Virus record (IMG/VR): IMGVR_UViG_3300046050_000049
Span: 1 to 52,505 of that record
Direction: 5' to 3' (one strand)
Source: a virus
Lineage: Duplodnaviria > Caudoviricetes
Length of the DNA: 52,505 nucleotides
Shown piece after piece: positions 35,464 through 45,100 of the stretch. The translations under genes and the position numbers were made by a program. The notes under the pieces were generated by a model. The model was not told the origin of the DNA. It did no database searches and saw nothing but the letters and a program-made list of their open reading frames with translations. Each line of letters begins with the position of its first letter. The stretch's first letter is position 1.

Positions 35464-36300
35464 TCACCCCTCAATGCGGACTGCGGCCGCCTCACGTTTG
35501 GGAGTCCATCCGTACGCGGCCTTGATCTTGGTCTTGATCGCGTCGGCGTCGAAGTCGGTCTCCTGATCGGTGTCGATCTCCTGCCATTCGCCCTCGTAGC
35601 CGAACTGATCGGAGTCGACGACGATTGCCTCGGGGTTGGCGGTCGCGTTGAGCGCGACGTTCGTTGTGTGCATGTAGGTCAGACCGCCGAACTCGCCGAT
35701 CTCACCGTTGCGGACGACCTCGTCGCCGATGTCGGTGCCCCGCTCAGCGAGGAAGTTGGTGATCGACTCCTTGCCGGCGGAACCGACGAGAGCCATGTCG
35801 GCCGTAAACCCGTCGTCGCCGCGCTGGGCGAGTTCGGTCGCGCCGGCGTTCATGTCCTGAAAGGACAGCGTGCCGTTGGCGTCGCCGACGGCCTCAGCGG
35901 CTGGTGCGGCGCTGTCGAGAACGGCGAAGGCCGCACGGTCGAGCCGCTTGCTCATGTTCTTCGCGTGTCCCTCGAGGTGGTCGTCGAGGAGGTCGAAAAT
36001 GTTGTCGTTGATGTCCTCTTCTGGAATCTTTGATCCCGTTTTGAAGATGCGCCGTTCGAGCTCCGGTCGGCCGTACTCCTCACGGTCGTAGGTCGTGTCT
36101 GCACCGGGTTCGACTTCTTCGGGCTCGCCGAGCGACTCGGCGGGGACCGGCACCTGATGCGTCTCACCGGCACCGTCCGGCACGCCACCGGGCGGTTCCA
36201 TGAAGAAGTCGCGGACGACTGTACGTGCCTCGACCCGTTCGGCCGCCAGTTCAGCGACGGTCTGCGGGTCGATGATCTGTTCGATGTTGGGTAGCGTCAT
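35464..36300 (-). CDS. Major capsid protein (HK97 fold)
   Basis: Position after protease/decoration genes; EEVEPGAD, GEIGEFGGL pattern. Confidence 0.85.
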   Translation of the reverse strand: MTLPNIEQIIDPQTVAELAAERVEARTVVRDFFMEPPGGVPDGAGETHQVPVPAESLGEPEEVEPGADTTYDREEYGRPELERRIFKTGSKIPEEDINDNIFDLLDDHLEGHAKNMSKRLDRAAFAVLDSAAPAAEAVGDANGTLSFQDMNAGATELAQRGDDGFTADMALVGSAGKESITNFLAERGTDIGDEVVRNGEIGEFGGLTYMHTTNVALNATANPEAIVVDSDQFGYEGEWQEIDTDQETDFDADAIKTKIKAAYGWTPKREAAAVRIEG

Positions 36301-36340
36301 TTATCGATTGAGGTCAGCACTGCGATGGTTCGCGTGCGAT

Positions 36341-36739
36341 TCAGACGTCGACGTGGGCGAAGCCGTCGTCGACGTTCGGGATGCCGCTCGGGGCCGCGCC
36401 CTCGGCGTACATCGTCATGATGCCCTTCGTCGAGCTCCCGCCGGCGAGTTCGCCCTCGGTGGCAGAGGCCCCGAGTTCGACGCCCGCGCCGACTCCGGCG
36501 GCGACGTTTGCCACGACAGGGCCGCTGTACACGACGAGCACCGTGTCGCCAGCGTCGACGCCGTCGGGGTGGTGGCCAACGACGCCGTAGACCGTCGGGT
36601 CGTTCGTCCCGTCGGCGCGGACGGCTTCACCGTTACCGTCGAGGGCCACTGCATCACCTGACGAGAGAGCTTCAGCCGCGGTGCGGGTCTCGGTGTGACG
36701 AGCGTCGGACTTGTGTGACTGTCCGGGTTCGAGGCTCAT
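36341..36739 (-). CDS. Capsid decoration/cement protein
   Basis: AAEALSSGDAV...YGVV...AGDTV; between protease and capsid genes. Confidence 0.65.
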   Translation of the reverse strand: MSLEPGQSHKSDARHTETRTAAEALSSGDAVALDGNGEAVRADGTNDPTVYGVVGHHPDGVDAGDTVLVVYSGPVVANVAAGVGAGVELGASATEGELAGGSSTKGIMTMYAEGAAPSGIPNVDDGFAHVDV

Positions 36740-38202
36740 GCGTCACCCCCTGTGATCGTCTCCAGTTCGCTTTCGAGCCGCTCCATCTCGCGCTCGGCGA
36801 TGACGTTGTCCTCGCCGCTGAGCGTCTCGAGTCGCTCCTCGATCTCGCCCTTCCGCTCGCGCTTCTCGTCGGAGAGATTTGGGTCCGAGGGGCCGCTGCC
36901 CGTCTCGGGATTCTGGGCGAGCGCCTCGACGTTGAGAGCGCCGTCATCAGTCTCGAACTCGGTGGCGAGGGCCTCGAACGGCATGGCCTCGATGGCCGTG
37001 TCCGAGAGGCCGGTCTGCTCTTGGAGTGCGTCGGCGAGGACTTCGCGCACCTCGTCGACGCGGGCCTCCAGCGTTTCGTAGTCGGATTCGGAGACGACCG
37101 TCGGCTCGTCGATGCCGTCGGCAGCCTCGATCAGTTCCTCGTGGTCGGAGAGTCGCTCGGCCGCGTCCGTCTCGACGACCGTGGGGTCGTCGAGCTGGCG
37201 AGAGGCGGCGAGTAACTCACGTTCTTCGTCTGTGATGTCGTCCATGAGTGGATCACTCTGGGTTTCGTCGTCCGGGAGGCTCTGGCCCGTACTGCCGCGT
37301 GAGCCGTCATCACCATCCCGGTGATTCGCGAGCGATTCGGGGTCCGGCAGCTCGTCGATGATCGTCAGCGTGTCCGTATTGAGCGTGTGGCCGGCCATCG
37401 TGCCGGACGGTTGCCAGCCACCGTCCCCATCCGGCCGATGGACCTTGACCAGCGCTGCCGGCGGCTGGACCGTTTGGTCGCCGTCGATCTCCCCGTCGAG
37501 CGGCGCGTCGCTCTCAGTGCGGATCTCCTCGATCCTGCCGTACGCCGGGCGGTCGCCGCTGGAGGACCACCGGACGAGCGTGCCCTGTTGGACATCTTCG
37601 ACGGCGGCCAGATGCTCTGTGTCCCTGTTTTCGGTGGGAGAAGAATCTGCATCTTCTGTGTGGCTCCGCTGGAACTTGTTGAAGTGGCGCGCCAGTGCCT
37701 CCGCAGTGCCGGGCTGGATCGACGCCGAGGCATGTGCTCCGTCAGCGACGATAGCGAGGTCGCGGTAGTCGACGACTGCCGCCACTCGCTCGGCGTCTCG
37801 CTCGGGGTCCTGCTCCCCCGGCTCCAACGCGACCGATGGCGACACGTCAACACGGCCACGGGCGATCTGTCGGGCACGGTCGGGATCGTCAATCTCGGCC
37901 TCGTAGACCAGTGCCTCGCGGTCGGCGTCGAAGGCGGCGTCGGTCACCTCGCCAACGATTATCTCGGGATGGGGCTGGCCGGCATCCAGTGCGCGGTGGT
38001 CGTCGGGATCGACGATGGGCGTCCCGACGAGCTTCTTGGCTGCATCCTCGAGTACCTCCGGCGGCCAGTACCTCCGCTGACCCGAGACACCCTGTGTCAC
38101 TTCCGCGGCTTGAGCGATCCCGTGGACGATGAAGGGTCCATCGTCGAAGGTCGCGTCGGCGCTGATCGTTGCGTCACCAGTCTGTAATCGGTCAGTTATC
38201 AT
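36736..38202 (-). CDS. Prohead protease/scaffold fusion (DUF2213-like N-terminus)
   Basis: YWPPEVLE...GTPIV...DVSPS...DLAIVADGA; acidic coiled C-terminus. Confidence 0.75.
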   Translation of the reverse strand: MITDRLQTGDATISADATFDDGPFIVHGIAQAAEVTQGVSGQRRYWPPEVLEDAAKKLVGTPIVDPDDHRALDAGQPHPEIIVGEVTDAAFDADREALVYEAEIDDPDRARQIARGRVDVSPSVALEPGEQDPERDAERVAAVVDYRDLAIVADGAHASASIQPGTAEALARHFNKFQRSHTEDADSSPTENRDTEHLAAVEDVQQGTLVRWSSSGDRPAYGRIEEIRTESDAPLDGEIDGDQTVQPPAALVKVHRPDGDGGWQPSGTMAGHTLNTDTLTIIDELPDPESLANHRDGDDGSRGSTGQSLPDDETQSDPLMDDITDEERELLAASRQLDDPTVVETDAAERLSDHEELIEAADGIDEPTVVSESDYETLEARVDEVREVLADALQEQTGLSDTAIEAMPFEALATEFETDDGALNVEALAQNPETGSGPSDPNLSDEKRERKGEIEERLETLSGEDNVIAEREMERLESELETITGGDA

Positions 38203-39068
38203 GATGCGTCACCAGTCCACACGTGGTGGCTGCATCGGCAGTTCGGATGCCGAGGAAGGTTTCCGTAGGCGTTCGATGTTCGGTACGGCTCGCCGGCCTT
38301 GTACGCCTGACACTGCGGACAGGCATCTCCCGCGATCAGCACACCAACCCGCTCGACGCCGGCGCGCTCCCATTCTTGGAGGCGAGCCCGGTCGTGCGAG
38401 TTCATGATCTCCGTGCGAGCAATCATCGTCGCTCGGTTCATCGCCGCGCGAGGCGTCCCGTCCTCGACACGACCGATGATGTCAGTGAGACCGTCGGCGA
38501 TGTCTCGTGGGCCGTCACCAGCGGCCAGCCCCTCGGTAAGTTCACGCCGGAGGTCCGTCGCAACGGCGTTGGTCATCCCCTCCAGCTCGTTGAGATTCCG
38601 CGCGAACAAGGACTGGAGCTGCTCACGGTGGACAGGCAGGCGTAACGCCGTCGCGCCGGCACGCCCCTGTGACAGCTCCAGCGCGTGAAGTTCGGCCTGC
38701 GCATCGGTGACGCCCCGCTCGTAGGCCGCCGAGATGAACTGATTCTCGTCGCCGAAGCGAGTGAGGATATCCTGTTCTGTCTGAGTATCGAGCCACTTGG
38801 CGAACGCATCGGCCCGCCGAGCGTCGGTGTCGAAGTCGAACTGATCGCGGGTCGGGGTGCTCGCCAGCGACTCGATCCCGAGGGCATCGTGCTCAACGAG
38901 GCCACGACGGAGGGCGGCTCGGATGCCGACCCATGCACCGCGGAGCCGCTGGGCATATCGCTGTCGGAGGGACCGGGTGCGGGTTGGCTCCTCGCGCTGA
39001 CGCGCCCGACGGAGCTGTTGCCTATGCTGGCGGGTCCCAGTGATGTCGGCAGTTGCGGTCGCGCTCAT
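38199..39068 (-). CDS. SPP1 gp7/MuF-like head morphogenesis protein
   Basis: RATMIARTE...CPQC...PRHPNCRC. Confidence 0.88.
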   Translation of the reverse strand: MSATATADITGTRQHRQQLRRARQREEPTRTRSLRQRYAQRLRGAWVGIRAALRRGLVEHDALGIESLASTPTRDQFDFDTDARRADAFAKWLDTQTEQDILTRFGDENQFISAAYERGVTDAQAELHALELSQGRAGATALRLPVHREQLQSLFARNLNELEGMTNAVATDLRRELTEGLAAGDGPRDIADGLTDIIGRVEDGTPRAAMNRATMIARTEIMNSHDRARLQEWERAGVERVGVLIAGDACPQCQAYKAGEPYRTSNAYGNLPRHPNCRCSHHVWTGDAS

Positions 39069-40585
39069 TCGTCGTCCTCCATATCGGTCTGTTCGAGCGC
39101 GGCCGTGAGATCCGCAGCGGCCTCATCGGCGTCGACCTCGCTACCGGCAAAGACCTCGTCGGGAAGGTCCATCGTAGTCTGGAGGAACGCCTGCAGGTCG
39201 AGGACCGTATCGACCGGCACGTCGCCGAGACCACTGTCCAGCGCCGACATGAACTGCTCCATCCGCTGGATTTCCTCGTCGCTCAGCTCGGCCACCGGGT
39301 TCGAGGATGCCTTCGGCGCGATGCGGACCTCGATACCGTCCGATTTTAGATCCGGATGCCGGTTGGCGACCTCGCGGAACGCCTGCGTCCAGTCTCGCTC
39401 TTGCGCTTTGCGTTCCTCCCCGACGAGATCACGGTAGGCCTCTGCCTGCTCGTCGCTGACATGTTGGGTAATGTCGTCGCCGTGGGCCGTTGCGTACTTC
39501 GGCGCGGGGAGCGGCGCGAGGATGTCGTCGACGAGGTGCTGGAGGTCGTCGTCCAGATCAGGGAGGTTCGGCACCCATTGATCGAGGTCGACTGAACCAT
39601 CGTGGCCGAGGATGCTTCCCGGGCTGAGCCCGTTGACGCCGCTGACCCAGTCGTCTTGCTCATCATCAGTCCACTCTTGAATCAGCGTCTCGTCGCCGAG
39701 GTCGTAGGCGGTCGGCGTGAACTCGGCGATCCAGACACCTTCGACTTTGGTCTTGATCGCTTCAGCGCGGTTGCGTTTAATCGTCCGGTAGTCGGTCGCA
39801 TCGTCGGCTGCAGCTTCGAGCGGACTGGTCCCAAAGACGCCGTCCTCGGTCGCCTTGTCGCCGCCGATATCGGGGTTGTTGACCTGTTTGAGCACGTCGT
39901 TCTGCGACAGTGCGACCGAGTCTTCGTCGAGACCGCCACGCCGTTTGCCAAGAATCGACTGGTCGTCAAACTGAACGTAGGCGGCGGCCTCGTTGCGGCG
40001 GGTCGTCTCCTCTGCGAGATTCGTCTCATCGGGACCGATGAGAATGTTCGTGTTCGAGCGGACCCGTGCCGAAACCGTTTCAGGGCGGATGTGCTTGAAC
40101 CCCTGAATCTTGAAATCGGGATCGTCCTTCTCTTCGTCGCTCTTGAGATATTCGTGGAGTGCCGTCCCGCGCGTATATTTCTGGACGATGCTGCTCTTAA
40201 GATACGGGTAGAACGGTTTGTTCCGCTCGCCGGCGATGACCGCACAGTTGTCGAGGAAGCCACCCGGCGGCGCGAAATCCGGCAGGTCGGCCTCGTCAGT
40301 CCCCTCGCCGGTGAAGTACGCCTGCGTGACCGGGTCGTCGGCGTTAATCCGGACACCCGGCTCAACGACGTCGCGGACGAACTGGTTGATGTTGCCACAG
40401 ACGATCCCCAGTTCACGGTACAGTTTGTGGAACTTATCGATATCGTCCGGCGGACTGAGGTCGTCAACGCCGGTGTTCTTGACGAACAGCTTTGGCGACG
40501 ACCGAGTGACAGTCTCGACCGACTGGGAGAGTCGCTGCTGAAGCGCTTCAAGCCGACCACGAATCGGACCTGTGGATGTACTCAT
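39065..40585 (-). CDS. Portal protein
   Basis: 506 aa between terminase and MuF; FGTSPLE motif. Confidence 0.8.
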   Translation of the reverse strand: MSTSTGPIRGRLEALQQRLSQSVETVTRSSPKLFVKNTGVDDLSPPDDIDKFHKLYRELGIVCGNINQFVRDVVEPGVRINADDPVTQAYFTGEGTDEADLPDFAPPGGFLDNCAVIAGERNKPFYPYLKSSIVQKYTRGTALHEYLKSDEEKDDPDFKIQGFKHIRPETVSARVRSNTNILIGPDETNLAEETTRRNEAAAYVQFDDQSILGKRRGGLDEDSVALSQNDVLKQVNNPDIGGDKATEDGVFGTSPLEAAADDATDYRTIKRNRAEAIKTKVEGVWIAEFTPTAYDLGDETLIQEWTDDEQDDWVSGVNGLSPGSILGHDGSVDLDQWVPNLPDLDDDLQHLVDDILAPLPAPKYATAHGDDITQHVSDEQAEAYRDLVGEERKAQERDWTQAFREVANRHPDLKSDGIEVRIAPKASSNPVAELSDEEIQRMEQFMSALDSGLGDVPVDTVLDLQAFLQTTMDLPDEVFAGSEVDADEAAADLTAALEQTDMEDDE

Positions 40586-40590
40586 GATGA

Positions 40591-42255
40591 TTACACACTC
40601 CCCGTCGACGGCGACCCACCGGGACGACGGCGAACAGTTTTCGTGGTTCCGGCGTTGTCGTCGGCCGCCCAGACGGCCATGCTTGCGGCGTCTAGGTAGT
40701 CTGGGGAGTGGCCGAGCCGCTCCTCGATGACCTCTTTCGAGTTGACGGTCACGACCTCAGCGCCGTGCTCCCCCCGGCTGTTGAGTGTCTTGGTGTCGTT
40801 CTCGATGGTGCGGCCGCCGATGACCAGCTGGTCGCGAAGGTCGCGGTTCGAGTATTGGACCTCCTCAAGGACATTGCCGAGCATGGCGAGGGCCTCTGCC
40901 CGCTGGTCTTCGTAGTTGATCCGGCCGTAGGGATTGTCGTCGTCGGTCCCCTCAGTCAGCGGCTTCTTATTCGAGCCGAACCGGTAGACATCGGGCCACC
41001 GGTCACCGAGATAGTCCGCCAAGCCAGAGCCCTCGCCGGCGGCATCAACGGCAACCGGATGGCGAGGGTCGCCGCCGAGCCGGGAGTCGGCCATGATCTC
41101 CTGCTCCTGCTCGGGGTAGTCCGTGTTCTGGGCCGTGTACCGGACCGTGAGCACCCCGGCCGACCAGTATGTAATCAGAACCGTCTCATCAGAGCCGGGT
41201 CCAGCGACATCGATGCCGGTGCCCAGCGGCTGCCGGGGCTCAACGGTGATTCGGTCGGTGTAGGCGTCTTTCGCCGCGCTGGCGCTGTACGGCCGGTGAA
41301 CAGACGCGCCCTCTGGCGGTATGATCCCGGCACGACGGCGATACCAGCGTTTTGAGAGGTCGGGACGAAATGCAGGGTTGTCCTCGAGATCGTCATCATT
41401 TCTGAAGACGAGATTGCCGTCGGAGTCGAGCTTTGGGGCTGAGACGCGCAGTGCCGTGTCGATCCCCGGCCACGGCGTGTTGTTGTTCTCGACCCAGTCG
41501 TCCTCAAGTTTCGAGATACTGGCGATGCCATCGATCTTCGGCGCGTTGATGTTCCCGAGCTCAACCTGAACGTTGTGTGCGTCGAACGTGCTGAAGCGGA
41601 CAACCTCCCAATTCGGATGGTCGTTCATCAGCGGGTAGATCGAGTTCGCCTCATCTTCCGGCGGGTTTGCGATGAGGACGAGCCGGTCGCGGTCGTCGGT
41701 CGCGAGCGACCGCATCGCCTCGATGATGTCCTCGTCGATGGCGTCCTTGTCGGCCTCCTCGATGATCGAAAGCGTGTAGGCATTGTGAACACCTTCGAGC
41801 TCGCCGGCGTCCCGTGGGGAGGAGGCCTCGAAGAAGTGCTCGGGCTCGCCGTCGATCTCGATGCGCTCGGGGCGACTCTTGTACTCGCCGGGGAGCGGGA
41901 TGCGAGCGTCGCCGTGGAGGCTCTCGACGGGCTTGCAGTACGTCCGCTTCATCTTGCGCTCGGTCCCCGACGTTGCGAACGCCGCGGCGGGATACCGGCA
42001 GAAGAGCCAGACGATGGTGATCGCCGCCAAGATGTACGACTTCCCCAGCGAGTTCGCCGAGACGACGAGGAGCTGCTTGTTCTTCGCGACAGCGCGGCAG
42101 ATCCGGCGCTGCGCCTCCCCGACGCGGATGCCGAGGTAGTCTTCGATGGCGTCCTCGAGCCACGTCGCGTCGCCAGCGTCAGCACGCTCCGCGTAGTGAG
42201 CCGGGGGCTTCGGCGCGTTGACGCCGTCAGTCGCGGCAGGGCTGGTACTCGCCAT
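40591..42255 (-). CDS. terL: Terminase large subunit
   Basis: Walker A SANSLGKS, Walker B IIEEA, ANP coupling motif, nuclease GIDVA...D...SPDYLDA. Confidence 0.9.
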   Translation of the reverse strand: MASTSPAATDGVNAPKPPAHYAERADAGDATWLEDAIEDYLGIRVGEAQRRICRAVAKNKQLLVVSANSLGKSYILAAITIVWLFCRYPAAAFATSGTERKMKRTYCKPVESLHGDARIPLPGEYKSRPERIEIDGEPEHFFEASSPRDAGELEGVHNAYTLSIIEEADKDAIDEDIIEAMRSLATDDRDRLVLIANPPEDEANSIYPLMNDHPNWEVVRFSTFDAHNVQVELGNINAPKIDGIASISKLEDDWVENNNTPWPGIDTALRVSAPKLDSDGNLVFRNDDDLEDNPAFRPDLSKRWYRRRAGIIPPEGASVHRPYSASAAKDAYTDRITVEPRQPLGTGIDVAGPGSDETVLITYWSAGVLTVRYTAQNTDYPEQEQEIMADSRLGGDPRHPVAVDAAGEGSGLADYLGDRWPDVYRFGSNKKPLTEGTDDDNPYGRINYEDQRAEALAMLGNVLEEVQYSNRDLRDQLVIGGRTIENDTKTLNSRGEHGAEVVTVNSKEVIEERLGHSPDYLDAASMAVWAADDNAGTTKTVRRRPGGSPSTGSV

Positions 42256-42701
42256 TAGGCCTCCTCCTCGTGGTACGACCGCAGGTTTTCCAGAAACGCG
42301 TCTTCGAGAGAGACGTTCGCCTCAAGGCGCTCGGGTTCCCGGTCAACAATCCCCCGGTCGGCGAGCCAGTCGTTCCATTCGCCCACCGTCCGTGCGGCCT
42401 TTCGATACTCGTCGTTGCTCATCAACTCTTGAACGGCGGTCTGGAATACCGTCTGCGTGATGGCGTCGACGCGGCCGTCGTCTAGTTGGCCGGCGATGTA
42501 CTCCTGAAGGCGAGTTTTATCCTGCGAGATCTGTCCCTTCGACACATCGTATCGGTCGGCTAAACGTGTCGGGCTGATCGAGCCGGGATGGCCGGCCTGC
42601 TCGATCAGCTGGAGGATCTCCGCCCGTCGCTCCGTCCAGTGGTATTCGGCGGGCGGCTTGTCCTGTGGGATCTCGATTGTCCGGTAGTCAGGGGTGCTCA
42701 T
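42255..42701 (-). CDS. Putative terminase small subunit 1 (HTH type)
   Basis: Abuts terL; HTH PTRLADRYDVSKGQISQD. Confidence 0.65.
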   Translation of the reverse strand: MSTPDYRTIEIPQDKPPAEYHWTERRAEILQLIEQAGHPGSISPTRLADRYDVSKGQISQDKTRLQEYIAGQLDDGRVDAITQTVFQTAVQELMSNDEYRKAARTVGEWNDWLADRGIVDREPERLEANVSLEDAFLENLRSYHEEEA

Positions 42702-42805
42702 GTTTAGCCTCGTTTAGTCCGCTGCGGAGTTCACGGGGGGGTGCGGTTGGCACTCGACGTGGGTGTTCACCGTCGGGGACGTCGACGGCGCCGTAATCGA
42801 TATCA

Positions 42806-44014
42806 TCACTCATCGTCACCTGCGTTGCCCCCGGTGTCGCCCTCCGCGGCCGCCTTGATCCGCTGGACCTCTTGGACCCGACGGTCGATCACCTCGCGAT
42901 AATTCTTCTCGTCGATCTCGAAGCCTACGAAGTTCCGGTCGGCCTGAAGGGCCGCGACCGCAGTAGTACCACTTCCGACGAACGGGTCCAGAACCGTGTC
43001 CTCCGGGTCAGTTGAGTTGTGAACCAGCTCCTCGATTAGCGGCACCGGCTTCTCAGTCGGGTGGCTGTAGGCAGAGGTATCCGCTCGCTGGTACTCCAGA
43101 ACATCAGCGAGACGATCCGCATCGTTCAGGTCGCGTCGGTTGTCGCCGACCGAGCCGTAGAAGCAGACCTCGTACTGGGGACGGTAGCGGTCACGGACCT
43201 CAGGGCCGGTGATCCCGAAGTTATTTTTCACCCAGATCAGGGTACTGAGGTGCTCGAAACGCTCCCGGAAGAGGTCCTCCATCCGGCCGTAGTGTTGCCA
43301 TCCCCACCAGACGTAGACGTGCCCGGTGTCGGTGACGACGCGCCGGACCTCATCAAGGAAGTTCTCGAACAGGTCCCAGTCGTCGTAGTTCGCTAAGGAG
43401 TCGAACTCCTGATCGCCCCGGCCTTGGTAGTCAAACCCGTAAGGTGGGTCGGCGATGACGCAGTCGACCGAGTCGTCGTCCAGTCGGGACTGCATCCCCT
43501 CAACGCAGTCCTCGTAGTAGATATCGTGGTCGACATCGTACTCATAGGCCGGCGAGCAGGTGGTGTCGACCCGGATCTCCGCGAGCAGTTCGTTGAGGTC
43601 CTCGCCGGCGGCGTCCGTGAGCCGCTCAACTTCGTCTGACTTCCCGGCGGCGAGCAACTCGTCGTATTCGAGCGCGTCGCGCTTTGCGTCGTGTTCGCCG
43701 CTGATCTTGTTGAGTTCCTGTCGCCACAGCCGGCGTTCGGCGTCATCGATATCGTACTGTCGGACGGGGACTTCCTCAAGCCCAATCTCCTGAGCTGCTC
43801 GGTATCGATGTTCGCCGTCAGCAATGAGCCCGTCCGTGTCAGTGATGACCGGGCCACTAAGCCAACCATTCTCGCGTAAGCGGTCACACAGAAGTCCGAA
43901 CTGTTCGTCGGTCATCTCGTTGGGGTTCTCGCCGTCCGTATCAAGCTCCTCAACGGACAAGATTCCCTCAAACGCCGGCTGGGGCAGGTCACCCGGCGTC
44001 AGTGTGTCGCTCAC
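42806..44014 (-). CDS. ParB/Srx-like domain fused to a beta-class N6A/N4C DNA methyltransferase
   Basis: NPNEM, IADGEHRYRAA; DPPY, HPTEKP, DPFVGSGTT. Confidence 0.9.
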   Translation of the reverse strand: MSDTLTPGDLPQPAFEGILSVEELDTDGENPNEMTDEQFGLLCDRLRENGWLSGPVITDTDGLIADGEHRYRAAQEIGLEEVPVRQYDIDDAERRLWRQELNKISGEHDAKRDALEYDELLAAGKSDEVERLTDAAGEDLNELLAEIRVDTTCSPAYEYDVDHDIYYEDCVEGMQSRLDDDSVDCVIADPPYGFDYQGRGDQEFDSLANYDDWDLFENFLDEVRRVVTDTGHVYVWWGWQHYGRMEDLFRERFEHLSTLIWVKNNFGITGPEVRDRYRPQYEVCFYGSVGDNRRDLNDADRLADVLEYQRADTSAYSHPTEKPVPLIEELVHNSTDPEDTVLDPFVGSGTTAVAALQADRNFVGFEIDEKNYREVIDRRVQEVQRIKAAAEGDTGGNAGDDE

Positions 44015-44687
44015 GCCCAACCACCTCGGGCGCGACTGGGATGCCCTCCCACTTCGTATGGCACGCGCGGCAGAGTGTAAGAAGATTCTCCAGCGAGTTC
44101 GCTTCCTCGGGCGTCTCGAATGTCGCTATCGGCTGGACATGATGAACGTGGAGGTCGCATCCGTGTGTATCCTGATGTTCCTCTTGACCCATCCCGCAGA
44201 CTACACACTCGATGCCATCGCGTTCTAGTGCCGCTTTGCGTTGTTCCGTCCAGTTCTCGCCGTAGTAGTCCTCGTGGCCGGTGTATGCCGGATGCTGTGG
44301 TCCGGTCGTACCGCTCAGATGCCAGTCTTCGTTGGAGAACTCGACCGATTGGGCGGCCGACTGGCACTCTCGCGAACAGAACCGGCTCCCCTCCGCGTTC
44401 GCAGCTGCTCGCCGATACTCTTCGCCGCACCGCTCGCAGGTGAGGTGTACGCCGTTTCGCTCGCCGCCGAACGGCGAGTCTATTGTGTCCGACTGGTGTG
44501 CGGCCTGACAGTCGCGAGAACAGAATCGGCTCCGGTCGGCCTCCGACGGTGACTTTGAATAGGTGTCTCCACAGTACTCGCAGGTGATTTCGACACCCGA
44601 AATGCTCTCGCCATGCGCTTTTGAGTGATGTATCTTGAGTGCCCGCTCGGTGTCGAACTCCCGGTCGCAAGTGGGGCACTCCTCCAT
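43989..44687 (-). CDS. HNH endonuclease with C2H2 finger and repeated C..C/FCS..C modules (homing-type)
   Basis: CPTC..HH; RFCSRDC, RFCSREC; ALERD..CVVC..LHVHH...NLLTLCRACH. Confidence 0.85.
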   Translation of the reverse strand: MEECPTCDREFDTERALKIHHSKAHGESISGVEITCEYCGDTYSKSPSEADRSRFCSRDCQAAHQSDTIDSPFGGERNGVHLTCERCGEEYRRAAANAEGSRFCSRECQSAAQSVEFSNEDWHLSGTTGPQHPAYTGHEDYYGENWTEQRKAALERDGIECVVCGMGQEEHQDTHGCDLHVHHVQPIATFETPEEANSLENLLTLCRACHTKWEGIPVAPEVVGRERHTDAG

Positions 44688-44744
44688 ACGCTTCTAATTG
44701 GCCTTGTACTACCATCAAAGCCATGTTTCTGCGGTGAAGGTACC

Positions 44745-44814
44745 CGTCCGGAGGGACCGTGGTCTCCTCAGCCGGCTGTGGGAGCTCGTCAAGGGTGAGT
44801 TCGTCGTTAGTCAT
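44745..44814 (-). pseudogene. Orphan 5' stub of a ParB-type gene (MTNDELTLDELPQPAEETTVPPD)
   Basis: Resembles the N-terminus of the MTase gene (SDTLTPGDLPQPA). Confidence 0.45.
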
Positions 44815-45100
44815 TGGACATCTCCCACGGTTTCCCGTCTTCCTCCCAGTGGACATCCTCGACGGGGACGTGCTCACCGCAGGTGGCACAGAACGTCTTT
44901 CCGTACTGGTTCGGATCTCGGGCCACGGACTCGGGGAGGTCACCAGTCATCGTGGTAGCCCCGCCACACTCCTCGTGGACGTACGTCTTGCGAACTGGTT
45001 GGACGAACTCGCCGTCGTCGGTCGTCGGATAGTTCTCGAACTGTCCATCGTCCAGCCGTTCGCCGTAGTCGAAGTTTTCCGGCGGTGGATCGTCAGTCAT
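44807..45100 (-). CDS. Small Zn-binding phage protein
   Basis: FVQPVRKTYVHEECG..T...YGKTFCATC. Confidence 0.7.
   Translation of the reverse strand: MTDDPPPENFDYGERLDDGQFENYPTTDDGEFVQPVRKTYVHEECGGATTMTGDLPESVARDPNQYGKTFCATCGEHVPVEDVHWEEDGKPWEMSND

Noticed and set aside
24541-38202. DGG occurrences in structural proteins (fibre, hub, protease)
   Set aside because: Scattered and mostly inside domains; consistent with background D/G richness and not counted as linkers
44011-44943. 310-aa ORF overlapping the HNH gene
   Set aside because: Arg-rich alternative frame; only the short LPQPA stub looks protein-like
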